Below are positions 9,348-17,767 of a DNA stretch of 26,979 nucleotides, piece after piece; the stretch's first letter is position 1; the number at the start of each line of letters is the position of its first letter. The stretch is from an uncultured Acidimicrobiales bacterium (GTDB lineage: Bacteria; Actinomycetota; Acidimicrobiia; Acidimicrobiales; UBA10347): assembly GCA_943788915.1 (NCBI GenBank), contig CALSSD010000021.1, positions 62,001-88,979 on the forward strand, read 5' to 3'. Made by a program: the position numbers and the translations under genes. The notes under the pieces are model-generated. The model made no database searches, was not told the DNA's origin, and saw only the letters and a program-made list of their open reading frames with translations.

Positions 9348-10031
9348 ATGGGAAGCCGGATCGCCGCCACGATGGTCCTCGTCGTTGCAGTTGCGGTCCT
9401 GGTTTGGGTCACACTCGGCGGCAATGACACTGAATCGGCGACCGAGCAGCGATCCACCGCCGAGCCCACCAGGACAGCTACAACGGACACACCCGCTTCC
9501 CTGGACGAAATCACCGATGACGAACCCGAGATCGAAGCACCGGAGATCGAAACACCTGAAAACTTCGGGCCCCGCATGGACCTGGTGGATATCGACGGCT
9601 GGCTGAATACCGACGCCACGTCGATCGACGACTTCACTGGCCAGGTTCTCCTGGTCGAGATGTGGACGTTTGGCTGCAGCAACTGCAAGGCCCGCATCCC
9701 GTTCACCCAGAGTTACTACGAAGAGTTCGGTGATGCGAACTTCGAGATCCTGGGTGTCCATGCGCCTGAGTTCAGCTTCGAGGCTGACGTCAACAACATC
9801 ATCGAAGCTGCGGACCAGCTGGGCGTGAATTGGCCGATCGCGCTCGATACCGACAAGTTGAACTTTCGGAAATGGCAGCCGGGTTCCACCAACTTCTGGC
9901 CCCGCACCTACGTCATCGACCAGAACGGTGATATTCGTTATGACCACATCGGCGAAGGCAACTACGAAGAACTCCGGGAAACAATCCGGTACCCGATCGA
10001 GAACCCTCCCGCTGCGAACCCAGCGACCTGA
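9348..10031 (+). CDS. Membrane-anchored thioredoxin-like (TlpA/DipZ-type redoxin) protein
   Basis: N-terminal TM helix, acidic linker, EMWTFGCSNC (CxxC), GVHAPEFSFE, WPIALD, FWPRTYVID, HIGEGNY. TAGTGT lies 6 nt before the ATG. Confidence 0.88.
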   Translation: MGSRIAATMVLVVAVAVLVWVTLGGNDTESATEQRSTAEPTRTATTDTPASLDEITDDEPEIEAPEIETPENFGPRMDLVDIDGWLNTDATSIDDFTGQVLLVEMWTFGCSNCKARIPFTQSYYEEFGDANFEILGVHAPEFSFEADVNNIIEAADQLGVNWPIALDTDKLNFRKWQPGSTNFWPRTYVIDQNGDIRYDHIGEGNYEELRETIRYPIENPPAANPAT

Positions 10032-10033
10032 CA

Positions 10034-10621
10034 ATGGATGTTCTGGCCGAAGGCATCGAGAGCATCAAACTCGCCTGCAGCCTGGTGCTGCTGATTCCAG
10101 CGGTTGGTATTGCCCTGATGGGTCGACGCCGAATCTGGCTCGTACCTGCGTGGATCCTCACCGTGAGCCTGATCGCATGGTTGCGATTCACCGGCTGGTG
10201 GACTCCGCTGCCAAGTGGCGTTGGTCATGTGGTGGTTGGGCTCGGCCTTCTTGCACTGACCGTGTTGGCATGGCGGACCGACACCATGATCTCGGACCTC
10301 GCTACCACGGTCGTGGTGGCCTTCTTGGCTGGCTGGACGTGGATCCCCTGTGTAGGTCGTGAGCTGGGTGACGTCTTGAACAATGCCCGGGCAGAACCAT
10401 GGTCTGAGCTCGTGCGCACGTTTGTCTACATGCTCGGGATATTCATTCCTCTGGTAGTGATCACCGCCCTGCAGGTCGCATGGCCAACATTCGGTGACAT
10501 CAGCGATCACCCCCGCGTCAGGACTATCGGCTTGTCCGTCGTTGCCCTCGTCGGCGGACTGGTCGCCGTCACGTTGTTCGACGACCTTGCCAGCGAACTC
10601 GCACAGCGCAGCAGCTTTTAG
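10034..10621 (+). CDS. CcdA/DsbD-like transmembrane electron-transfer protein (divergent)
   Basis: Multi-TM protein with two membrane cysteines (LACSLVLLIP and GWTWIPCVG..LG..L), 2 nt downstream of the redoxin gene. Confidence 0.72.
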   Translation: MDVLAEGIESIKLACSLVLLIPAVGIALMGRRRIWLVPAWILTVSLIAWLRFTGWWTPLPSGVGHVVVGLGLLALTVLAWRTDTMISDLATTVVVAFLAGWTWIPCVGRELGDVLNNARAEPWSELVRTFVYMLGIFIPLVVITALQVAWPTFGDISDHPRVRTIGLSVVALVGGLVAVTLFDDLASELAQRSSF

Positions 10622-10720
10622 AGAAGTTCACCCTCACCCGAACCTTGGTCCTGGCATGTCGATACACATTGCTCCGGTCACTTCGGGTTCGACATCAGCC
10701 ACACCGCCTACGGTGCACAG

Positions 10721-12061
10721 GTGGGCACCACGAAGTCGCCGAAACTCGGTCGGGCATATCACAAGCTCTTCGCGGCAAGCACGATCTCGAATCTCGGCGA
10801 CGGCATCGGCCAAATTGCGTATCCGTGGCTCGCATCAGCGGTGACCCGCAACCCGCTGCTGGTTGCCCTCGTCACTGTGTTCCAGCGGCTGCCGTGGCTG
10901 ATCTTCAGTCTTCCTGCCGGCGTGATTACCGACCGTTATGAACGACGCAAACTTATGGTCGGCGCCAACATCGCCCGAGCAGTTCTGACCGCAGCGGTAG
11001 CGCTCATGGTCCTCGACCAACAAGGCGCGCTCCCCGGCCCCGATGAACTCGGTGACACCTCGGCCGTCGTGTCGACGAACGTTCTGTTGTACCTGGTCGT
11101 GCTCGCAGCCACGCTGTTCCTTGGAACCGCCGAGGTGCTCTACGACAACACTGCCCAAACACTCATGCCGTCACTCGTCGACGACTCGCAGCTCGAGAAG
11201 GCAAACGGCCGCATGTGGAGTGCCGAACAGGTTGCGAACACCGTGGCCGGGCCCGCGGCCGGAGCAGCGCTGCTCGCCTTCGCGTTTGCCGCGCCATTCT
11301 TTGTTGACGCCGTCACCTTTGCATTGTCAGCGCTGCTGATCTTCCTGCTGCCCCGGCCCAAAGCCGTGACTGCAGCTCGCCCGGAACGTCGTCCGTGGAA
11401 GACGGAACTCGCCGAAGGTTTCCAGTGGCTCTGGAGTCATGAGCTACTGCGGCCACTCGCGATCACGCTGGGACTGTTGAATGGTTTGGGCACCGTGGCC
11501 GGGGCGACACTGGTGCTCTTCGCTCAGGAAGTCCTGCTCACCTCTCCCACCGAGTTTGCCATCCTGTCCACGGGCGGCGCCGTTGGTGGCATCGTCGGCG
11601 GCTGGACTGCATCCGCGGTCTCTCAGCGCCTGGGTTCAGGCCCATCATTGTGGGCCACACTCACAGTGGGCGGCGTCACGTCGATAATCATCGGCCTGAC
11701 GTCGTGGTGGCCACTCGTGTGGCTCATGTTCACGACGTCGATGTACGTCGCCGTGTTGTGGAACGTGATCACGGTGTCGCTGCGCCAGGCCATTATTCCC
11801 GACCACCTCTTAGGGCGGGTCAACAGCGTCTATCGATTCTTTGCCTGGGGATCCATCCCAATCGGCGCACTCATCGGCGGTGCAATCATCTTGTTCGCAG
11901 AGGTAGCAACGTCACGAGAAATGGCGCTTCGCCTGCCGTGGTTTGCAAGCGGGGCCGGACAACTTCTGCTGCTCGGATTCGCGACCCGCCATCTGACTAC
12001 CGCCAGCATCGATGGCGCCCGCACCGCAGCCCAGTCCGGGCCGGCAGAGAAGGCCGGCTAG
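10721..12061 (+). CDS. MFS transporter (DHA3 / transmembrane secretion effector type)
   Basis: STISNLGDG, LPAGVITDRYERRKLM (motif A), LEKANG, SLRQAIIPDHLLGRVNS, many TM segments. TACGGT lies 6 nt before the GTG. Confidence 0.93.
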   Translation: MGTTKSPKLGRAYHKLFAASTISNLGDGIGQIAYPWLASAVTRNPLLVALVTVFQRLPWLIFSLPAGVITDRYERRKLMVGANIARAVLTAAVALMVLDQQGALPGPDELGDTSAVVSTNVLLYLVVLAATLFLGTAEVLYDNTAQTLMPSLVDDSQLEKANGRMWSAEQVANTVAGPAAGAALLAFAFAAPFFVDAVTFALSALLIFLLPRPKAVTAARPERRPWKTELAEGFQWLWSHELLRPLAITLGLLNGLGTVAGATLVLFAQEVLLTSPTEFAILSTGGAVGGIVGGWTASAVSQRLGSGPSLWATLTVGGVTSIIIGLTSWWPLVWLMFTTSMYVAVLWNVITVSLRQAIIPDHLLGRVNSVYRFFAWGSIPIGALIGGAIILFAEVATSREMALRLPWFASGAGQLLLLGFATRHLTTASIDGARTAAQSGPAEKAG

Positions 12062-12065
12062 AGCT

Positions 12066-12092
12066 GGGTGCGACGGAGTAGTGGCCGCACCC
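12066..12092. terminator. Hairpin after the MFS stop in a convergent spacer
   Basis: GGGTGCG...CGCACCC inverted repeat, 4 nt after the stop. Confidence 0.4.
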
Positions 12093-12223
12093 CACACTCA
12101 ATCGGCCGGCAACAGTGCCCCGCCATGTGACCGGACTTGGTGGCCGCGCAGCTCACTCACAAACGCTTCGACGCAGCCACCCTTGCTAACGAACCAGGTT
12201 CACCAGCGGCCGACCGAAGGGTT

Positions 12224-13216
12224 TCACAATGCGGGGATGATCCGCTGGCCATACGCGTTCAGCGTCTCATCCTTTTGATCGTGCATCAGATAGATGGCGA
12301 ACTGGTCAACACCCAACGCTTCGAGCTCCTTGAGTCGAGCAATATGAGTTGCCTCGTTGCCCAGGATGCAGAACCGGTCGATGATCTCGTCGGGGACAAA
12401 ATCGACATGGGTACTGTTCGACTTGCCATGTTCGGCGTAGTCGTAACCTTGGCGACCCTTGATGTAGTCGGTCAACGCCTGAGGAATGGCGCTGCTCTCG
12501 CCATACCGGTCAACAAGATCAGCGACATGATTGCCGACCATGCCACCAAACCATCGGACCTGATCTCGCTGGTGTTCGATGTCGTCGCCGACATACGCCG
12601 GTGCTGCTACACAGATCTTGAGTGCATCCGGGTCACGGCCCGCTTCCTCGGCCGCCTTACGTACCGCAGCGATCATCCACTCGCAGATGACCGGATCAGC
12701 CAACTGCAGGATCACGCCGTCGGTCTCGCTGCCACAAAGATGTAGCGCCTTCGGGCCATACGCCGCCATCATGATGTCGATCTCGCCGCCCTTGCTCCAC
12801 GGGAACTGCTGCTGCGTGCCGTTGTAGGTGACCTCTCGACCTTCGACCAGGCCCTTGATCACCTTCATGGATTCAGCGAGCGTCGACAGCTTGGCCGGCG
12901 TATGGCCGAGCACACGCATAGCCGAGTCACCTCGACCAATACCGCACACCGTGCGATTGCCGAACATGTCATTCAGTGTCGCAAAGTGTGACGCGGTAAC
13001 GGTCCAGTTGCGGCTACCAGGATTGGTCACCATGGGACCAACAATCATGCGTTTGGTGGCCGAGAGCATCTGGCTATAGATCACGTATGGCTCTTGCCAC
13101 AACACATGGCTATCGAACGTCCAGCCATACGTAAAGCCGAGTTTCTCGGCTTGCACAGCCAAGTCGACGACCCGCCATGCCGGTGGGTCAGTTTGCAGTA
13201 CTACGCCAAATTCCAT
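12224..13216 (-). CDS. LLM-class putative F420-dependent oxidoreductase (TIGR03842 / CPS_4043 type)
   Basis: MEFGVVLQTDPP, WTFDSHVLWQEP, GPMVTNP, CGIGRGDSA, AAYGPKAL, WFGGMVGNHVAD, YDYAEHG, IIDRFCILG. These are Mer-like LLM signatures. Confidence 0.88.
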   Translation of the reverse strand: MEFGVVLQTDPPAWRVVDLAVQAEKLGFTYGWTFDSHVLWQEPYVIYSQMLSATKRMIVGPMVTNPGSRNWTVTASHFATLNDMFGNRTVCGIGRGDSAMRVLGHTPAKLSTLAESMKVIKGLVEGREVTYNGTQQQFPWSKGGEIDIMMAAYGPKALHLCGSETDGVILQLADPVICEWMIAAVRKAAEEAGRDPDALKICVAAPAYVGDDIEHQRDQVRWFGGMVGNHVADLVDRYGESSAIPQALTDYIKGRQGYDYAEHGKSNSTHVDFVPDEIIDRFCILGNEATHIARLKELEALGVDQFAIYLMHDQKDETLNAYGQRIIPAL

Positions 13217-13274
13217 GATTCAGTCTCCTGGTAGTCAATCGCTCGGTCTCGGTGATCTGGGACGGTCCCGGTGT

Positions 13275-14762
13275 TTAGTCGTTCGTTGGAAAACCCAGGT
13301 CGACCGAACTCGTCGATGGGTCTGGCCACCGACTCGTGATCACCTTGGCCTTGGTATAGAACTTGACGCCTTCGGGGCCGTACATGGTGGTGTCGCCGTA
13401 AAGCGAGTCCTTCCAGCCGCCAAACGAGTGGTAACCAACGGGCACAGGGATCGGGACATTGATGCCAACCATGCCAGCGTCAGCTTCTTCTTGGAAGCGG
13501 CGAGCCGCACCACCGTCGCGGGTGAAGATGGCAGCTCCGTTGCCCCACCGGTTGTCTTCGATCAGCTTCACGCCCTGCTGGTACGTGTCGACCCGCACCA
13601 CGCTCAGGACCGGCCCGAAGATCTCATCCTGGTAGACCGACATTTCGGTGGTCACATTGTCGAGCAACGTCACGCCAGTGAAGAACCCGTTGTTGTTGAA
13701 CTGTGCATCGCGGCCATCGACCACGACGGTTGCGCCAGCAGCAGCGCCTTGGCCGACATAGTCGTTGACTCGGTCGCGCGCTTCTTCGGTGATAAGTGGC
13801 CCCATCTCACTCGAAGGGTCGGTACCGTCGCCGATGACCAATTTGTCCATGCGAACCTTGATCGCATCGACCAATGGGTCTGCGACGTCGCCCACGGCAA
13901 CTACGACGGAGATCGCCATGCAACGTTCTCCAGCCGAACCGTAAGCCGCGCTCACCGCTGAATCGGCAGCAAGATCAATGTCAGCATCGGGCAGCACGAT
14001 CATGTGGTTCTTGGCCCCACCGAGTGCCTGGACACGTTTGCCGTGTTTCGAACCGGTTTCGTACACATAGTGGGCAATCGGGCTTGACCCAACAAAACTG
14101 ACGGCCTTGACGTCGGGATGTTCGAGCAGTCGGTCCACCGCCAGCTTGTCGCCGTTCACAACATTCAGGACTCCTGGAGGGAAACCTGCTTCTTGGGCCA
14201 GTTCAGCAATAAACAGCGGAGCCGACGGGTCGCGTTCGCTGGGTTTGAGGATGAACGTGTTTCCAGTAGCGATCGCGTTCGGGATCATCCACAACGGGAC
14301 CATCGCCGGGAAGTTGAATGGCGTGATGCCAGCAACTACACCGAGTGGCTGACGCACGGAGTACACGTCGACCCCAGACGAAGCCGATTCGTTGTACGCA
14401 CCCTTGAGCATCTCGGCGATACCACACGCATATTCGATGTTCTCGAGACCACGGGCGACCTCGCCCAGGGCATCACTCGTGACCTTGCCATGTTCAGCCG
14501 TGAGCCGCCGAGCAACCTCGGCTTGATTTACTTCGAGCAGATTGCGGAAGGCGTGCATTAGCTTGATCCGGCGAGCCAAGCTCACGTGGCGCCATTCCTG
14601 GAACGCCGCCTGTGACGATGCCACTGCCGCATCGACTTCGGCCAAGCTGGCCATTGCCAACGAGGCGGTCTGCTCACCGGTCGCAGGATTAAAGACCGGC
14701 TTGGTCACACCCGACGCACTCGGACTCGCAACGCCGTCGATCAGATGATGAATTGTTTCCAT
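13275..14762 (-). CDS. mmsA: CoA-acylating (methyl)malonate-semialdehyde dehydrogenase
   Basis: GITPFNFPAMVP, KPSERDP, SFVGSS, GGAKNH, GERCMA (catalytic Cys), EIFGPV, GINVPIPVP. Confidence 0.95.
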   Translation of the reverse strand: METIHHLIDGVASPSASGVTKPVFNPATGEQTASLAMASLAEVDAAVASSQAAFQEWRHVSLARRIKLMHAFRNLLEVNQAEVARRLTAEHGKVTSDALGEVARGLENIEYACGIAEMLKGAYNESASSGVDVYSVRQPLGVVAGITPFNFPAMVPLWMIPNAIATGNTFILKPSERDPSAPLFIAELAQEAGFPPGVLNVVNGDKLAVDRLLEHPDVKAVSFVGSSPIAHYVYETGSKHGKRVQALGGAKNHMIVLPDADIDLAADSAVSAAYGSAGERCMAISVVVAVGDVADPLVDAIKVRMDKLVIGDGTDPSSEMGPLITEEARDRVNDYVGQGAAAGATVVVDGRDAQFNNNGFFTGVTLLDNVTTEMSVYQDEIFGPVLSVVRVDTYQQGVKLIEDNRWGNGAAIFTRDGGAARRFQEEADAGMVGINVPIPVPVGYHSFGGWKDSLYGDTTMYGPEGVKFYTKAKVITSRWPDPSTSSVDLGFPTND

Positions 14763-14840
14763 AAGTTCGTGTTTCCTTCAGACGTTTCTGAACCTTTTGG
14801 GCGACGATTTCACTCAAATAGTTCAGAAAGGTGGAGAGTT

Positions 14841-16253
14841 CTAGATGAGGTAGGAGGACAGGCCGCGGGGTTGGTATTTGCCGTCGCCTTTTGTGCCCAA
14901 GTAGGTGCCGTTTTCAATGATGATTTTGCCCCGCGACATGACCGTGTCCACATGGCCGTTGATCTCTTGGCCCTCGTATGCCGAGTAGTCCATGTTCATG
15001 TGGTGGTTGTCGACGCTGATGCTCCATGTTGCAGTGGGGTCATAGAGCACGATGTCGGCATCGCTGCCCGGGGCCAGGATGCCTTTCTTCGGGTACATGC
15101 CAAACATGCGAGCTGGTGTAGTCGCACATAACTCCACCCACCGTGGCAACGAGATCTCGCCCTGGACGACACCTTGATAGATCAGGTCCATACGGTGCTC
15201 GACCCCGCCGATGCCATTTGGGATGGCCCGGAAGTCGTCGAGGCCCAGCTCCTTCTGGTCCTTCATGCAAAACGGGCAATGATCGGTGCTCACAACACTT
15301 AGGTCGTTGGTGCGAAGCCCATTCCAAAGGTCGGCCTGGTGGTGTTCGTGTTTGGTACGCAGCGGTGTACTGCAGACATAACCCGCACCGGCGAAACCCG
15401 GCGCTCCAAGGTGATCCTCGAGCGTGAGATACAAGTATTGCGGGCACGTCTCGGCGAACACGTTGCCGCCCTTACCCCGAGCAATCGCCACCTGTTCGAG
15501 TGCCTCGCTGGCCGACAAGTGCACGATGTACAACGGTGAGGCGCCAACCTTGGCCAGCTGAATGGCACGGTGAGTTGCTTCGCTTTCGAGCTCGGCTCGG
15601 CGCACCAAGCCGTGGTTGACGGGTGCAGTCTCGCCTCGTTCCACGGCCTGTTCTGCGAGCAGGTCGATGGCGATGCCGTTCTCGGCATGCATCATGATCA
15701 TGCCGCCATTGCCTGCACACTGTTGCATGGCCCGCAGGATCTGGGCGTCGTCGCTCAGGTACACACCGGGATAGGCCATGAACAACTTGAAGCTGGTGAC
15801 GCCTTCGCGGACCAAGATGTCCATCTCTTTGAGTGACGTGTCGTCGACCCCACCGATGATCATGTGGAAGCCGTAGTCGACCGCGCAGTTGCCCTCGGCC
15901 AGCGCCATGCGGTCATCAAAACAGGTGCGCACGTTCTCGCCGGTTTGTTGCGACGCGAAGTCGATGATGGTGGTGGTGCCGCCCCATGCCGCGGCTCTGG
16001 TGCCGGTCTCGAAGTCGTCGCTCGCATTCGTGCCCCCAAAGGGCAGTTCCATATGGGTGTGCACATCGACGCCGCCAGGGATGACATATTTTCCGGTTGC
16101 GTCGATGACTCGTTCGGCACCACGTTCGGCCGCCATTGCTGGATCAGACCCAGGAGACATGAGCGCGATGATGGTCTCGCCGTCGACGAGCACCTCGGCC
16201 GGGTCAGCCCCGGTGGTCGAGATAACCGTTCCGCCCTTGATTAACATCGTCAT
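14841..16253 (-). CDS. hydA: Dihydropyrimidinase (D-hydantoinase)
   Basis: PGGVDVHTH, GGTTTIIDF, SFKLFMAY, MHAENG, YIVHLS, ETCPQYL, STDHCPF, IPNG, GSDADIV. Confidence 0.95.
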   Translation of the reverse strand: MTMLIKGGTVISTTGADPAEVLVDGETIIALMSPGSDPAMAAERGAERVIDATGKYVIPGGVDVHTHMELPFGGTNASDDFETGTRAAAWGGTTTIIDFASQQTGENVRTCFDDRMALAEGNCAVDYGFHMIIGGVDDTSLKEMDILVREGVTSFKLFMAYPGVYLSDDAQILRAMQQCAGNGGMIMMHAENGIAIDLLAEQAVERGETAPVNHGLVRRAELESEATHRAIQLAKVGASPLYIVHLSASEALEQVAIARGKGGNVFAETCPQYLYLTLEDHLGAPGFAGAGYVCSTPLRTKHEHHQADLWNGLRTNDLSVVSTDHCPFCMKDQKELGLDDFRAIPNGIGGVEHRMDLIYQGVVQGEISLPRWVELCATTPARMFGMYPKKGILAPGSDADIVLYDPTATWSISVDNHHMNMDYSAYEGQEINGHVDTVMSRGKIIIENGTYLGTKGDGKYQPRGLSSYLI

Positions 16254-16298
16254 GTCATTCTCCCCAGTTGCTTGCTATCCATAGATCTTGTCATTAAT

Positions 16299-16454
16299 CG
16301 AATTGTTACGTCCCCAGGGGGAGGTAACAATTCGCTGCGGCTGTCCGAGCCATACCCGCCTACGGTCCCGACAGGCAGGAGCGAGGGACGAGCGAGCAGC
16401 GAGCGACGAAGGAGTCGCACCACATGGCTGGCCACCATGTCCGACGAACGTCGG
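16299..16454. repeat. Cluster of inverted repeats in the 227-nt aminotransferase-hydA spacer
   Basis: CGAATTGTTAC/GTAACAATTCG (16299-16334), GCGAC/GTCGC (16403-16418), ACATGG/CCATGT (16422-16440), CCGACG/CGTCGG (16441-16454). Confidence 0.7.
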
Positions 16455-16480
16455 CCCGAGCGGAGCGGTTAGACACTGCC

Positions 16481-17767
16481 CTACACGCTGGCAATCGCTG
16501 CGATCAGGGCGTCGAGGCCTTGGTCCATTTCTTGCTCGGTGATATTGAGCATTGGGGTGAGCCGCAGCACATTGCCATAGAGGCCACCTTTGCCGATCAA
16601 CAGGCCGTTGTCCTTGGCTCGCTCGAGCAGCACTTTGGCCGCCTTGGCATCTGGCTCGATGCTGCCGGCGTGCACGGTCTCGATGGCCTGCATCAGACCC
16701 TTGCCTCGGAGCTCGGCGATCCAGTCGGCGCCCTCTACAACGGGGGACAACCGTTCCTTCATCTGTTGACCACGGGCTTTGGCGTTGCCTTGCAGGTCGG
16801 CTTCCTTGACATATCGCAAGGTGGCAAGACCCGCTGCTGTCGACAGTGGGTTGCCGCCGAATGTGGAGAACGACAGGTGAGGAAGACAGTCCATGACTTC
16901 GGGTCGGCCAACGATCCCGGCCAGGGTGATGCCGTTGCCGACGCCCTTGGCGAAGGTCAACATGTCGGGCACGATGCCGTGAGCTTGGTAGCCCCAGAAG
17001 TGGTCGCCGGTGCGACCCCAACCGGTCTGAACTTCGTCGCTCACGAACAAGATGCCGTGTGAGTCAAGGACCTTGTGCATGGCACCGAAGAAGCCGTCGG
17101 GTGGTGTGGCGAAACCACCAACACCCTGGATTGGTTCGGCGATCAGACAAGCGACGTCTCCCGCTGTCATCATGTCGATGACCTGCACCAGATCAGCAAC
17201 ACACGCCTGGGTGTAACCCTCGTCATCGGCATCGTGGTGGGGACTGCGGAGTTTGTAAGGACCCTGCACGAAGTTGACTGACAGGCCAGACACTGCGGTG
17301 TTCGACCATGATCGGTGCGACGTGATCGCTTGGGTCGTGAACGACCGACCGTGATAGCTGTTGCGCATGGCCAGCACTTCGTTGGACTTGCGGTAGTGCG
17401 TGGCCAGCAGCAATGCGGTGTCGTTCGCTTCGCTACCGCTGGTGGTGAAGAACACCTTGGCATCGGGGATACCCGAAACTGCTGCGACCTCTTCGGCAAA
17501 CTCGATCATCGGTTCACTGAGATACAGCGTGGAGGTATGCATGACCTTCGCGGCTTGAGCCTGCACTGCGGCCACCACATCGGGCTGGCTATGGCCAACC
17601 ATGGTGGTCAGCACGCCGCCGAACCAGTCCATGTATTTGTTGCCCTCGAGGTCGAAGACAAAGCTGCCTTCACCTCGGTCAATCGAGATTGGATCCTCGT
17701 AGAGAGGCGTGGTGTAGGCGGGTAGAACTGCTGCGTACCGTTTGGCCAGGTCGGCGTTGGCACCCAT
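16481..17767 (-). CDS. Class III PLP-dependent aminotransferase, probable beta-alanine/3-aminoisobutyrate transaminase
   Basis: SGSEAND, SYHGRS, AEPIQGVGG, SDEVQTGWGRTG, TFAKG, STFGGNP. The ATG at 17767 overlaps the upstream TGA (TGATG). Substrate is inferred from context. Confidence 0.9.
   Translation of the reverse strand: MGANADLAKRYAAVLPAYTTPLYEDPISIDRGEGSFVFDLEGNKYMDWFGGVLTTMVGHSQPDVVAAVQAQAAKVMHTSTLYLSEPMIEFAEEVAAVSGIPDAKVFFTTSGSEANDTALLLATHYRKSNEVLAMRNSYHGRSFTTQAITSHRSWSNTAVSGLSVNFVQGPYKLRSPHHDADDEGYTQACVADLVQVIDMMTAGDVACLIAEPIQGVGGFATPPDGFFGAMHKVLDSHGILFVSDEVQTGWGRTGDHFWGYQAHGIVPDMLTFAKGVGNGITLAGIVGRPEVMDCLPHLSFSTFGGNPLSTAAGLATLRYVKEADLQGNAKARGQQMKERLSPVVEGADWIAELRGKGLMQAIETVHAGSIEPDAKAAKVLLERAKDNGLLIGKGGLYGNVLRLTPMLNITEQEMDQGLDALIAAIASV

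Noticed and set aside
10721..12061. MFS transporter as the pyrimidine importer
   Set aside because: It is transcribed convergently from its own promoter and resembles DHA3 efflux-type MFS proteins, not NCS1/NCS2 nucleobase permeases.
12224..13216. LLM protein as RutA-type pyrimidine monooxygenase (oxidative Rut pathway)
   Set aside because: Its motifs are Mer/F420-like, no rutB-F genes or flavin reductase are present, and the partner enzymes act on reduced dihydropyrimidines.
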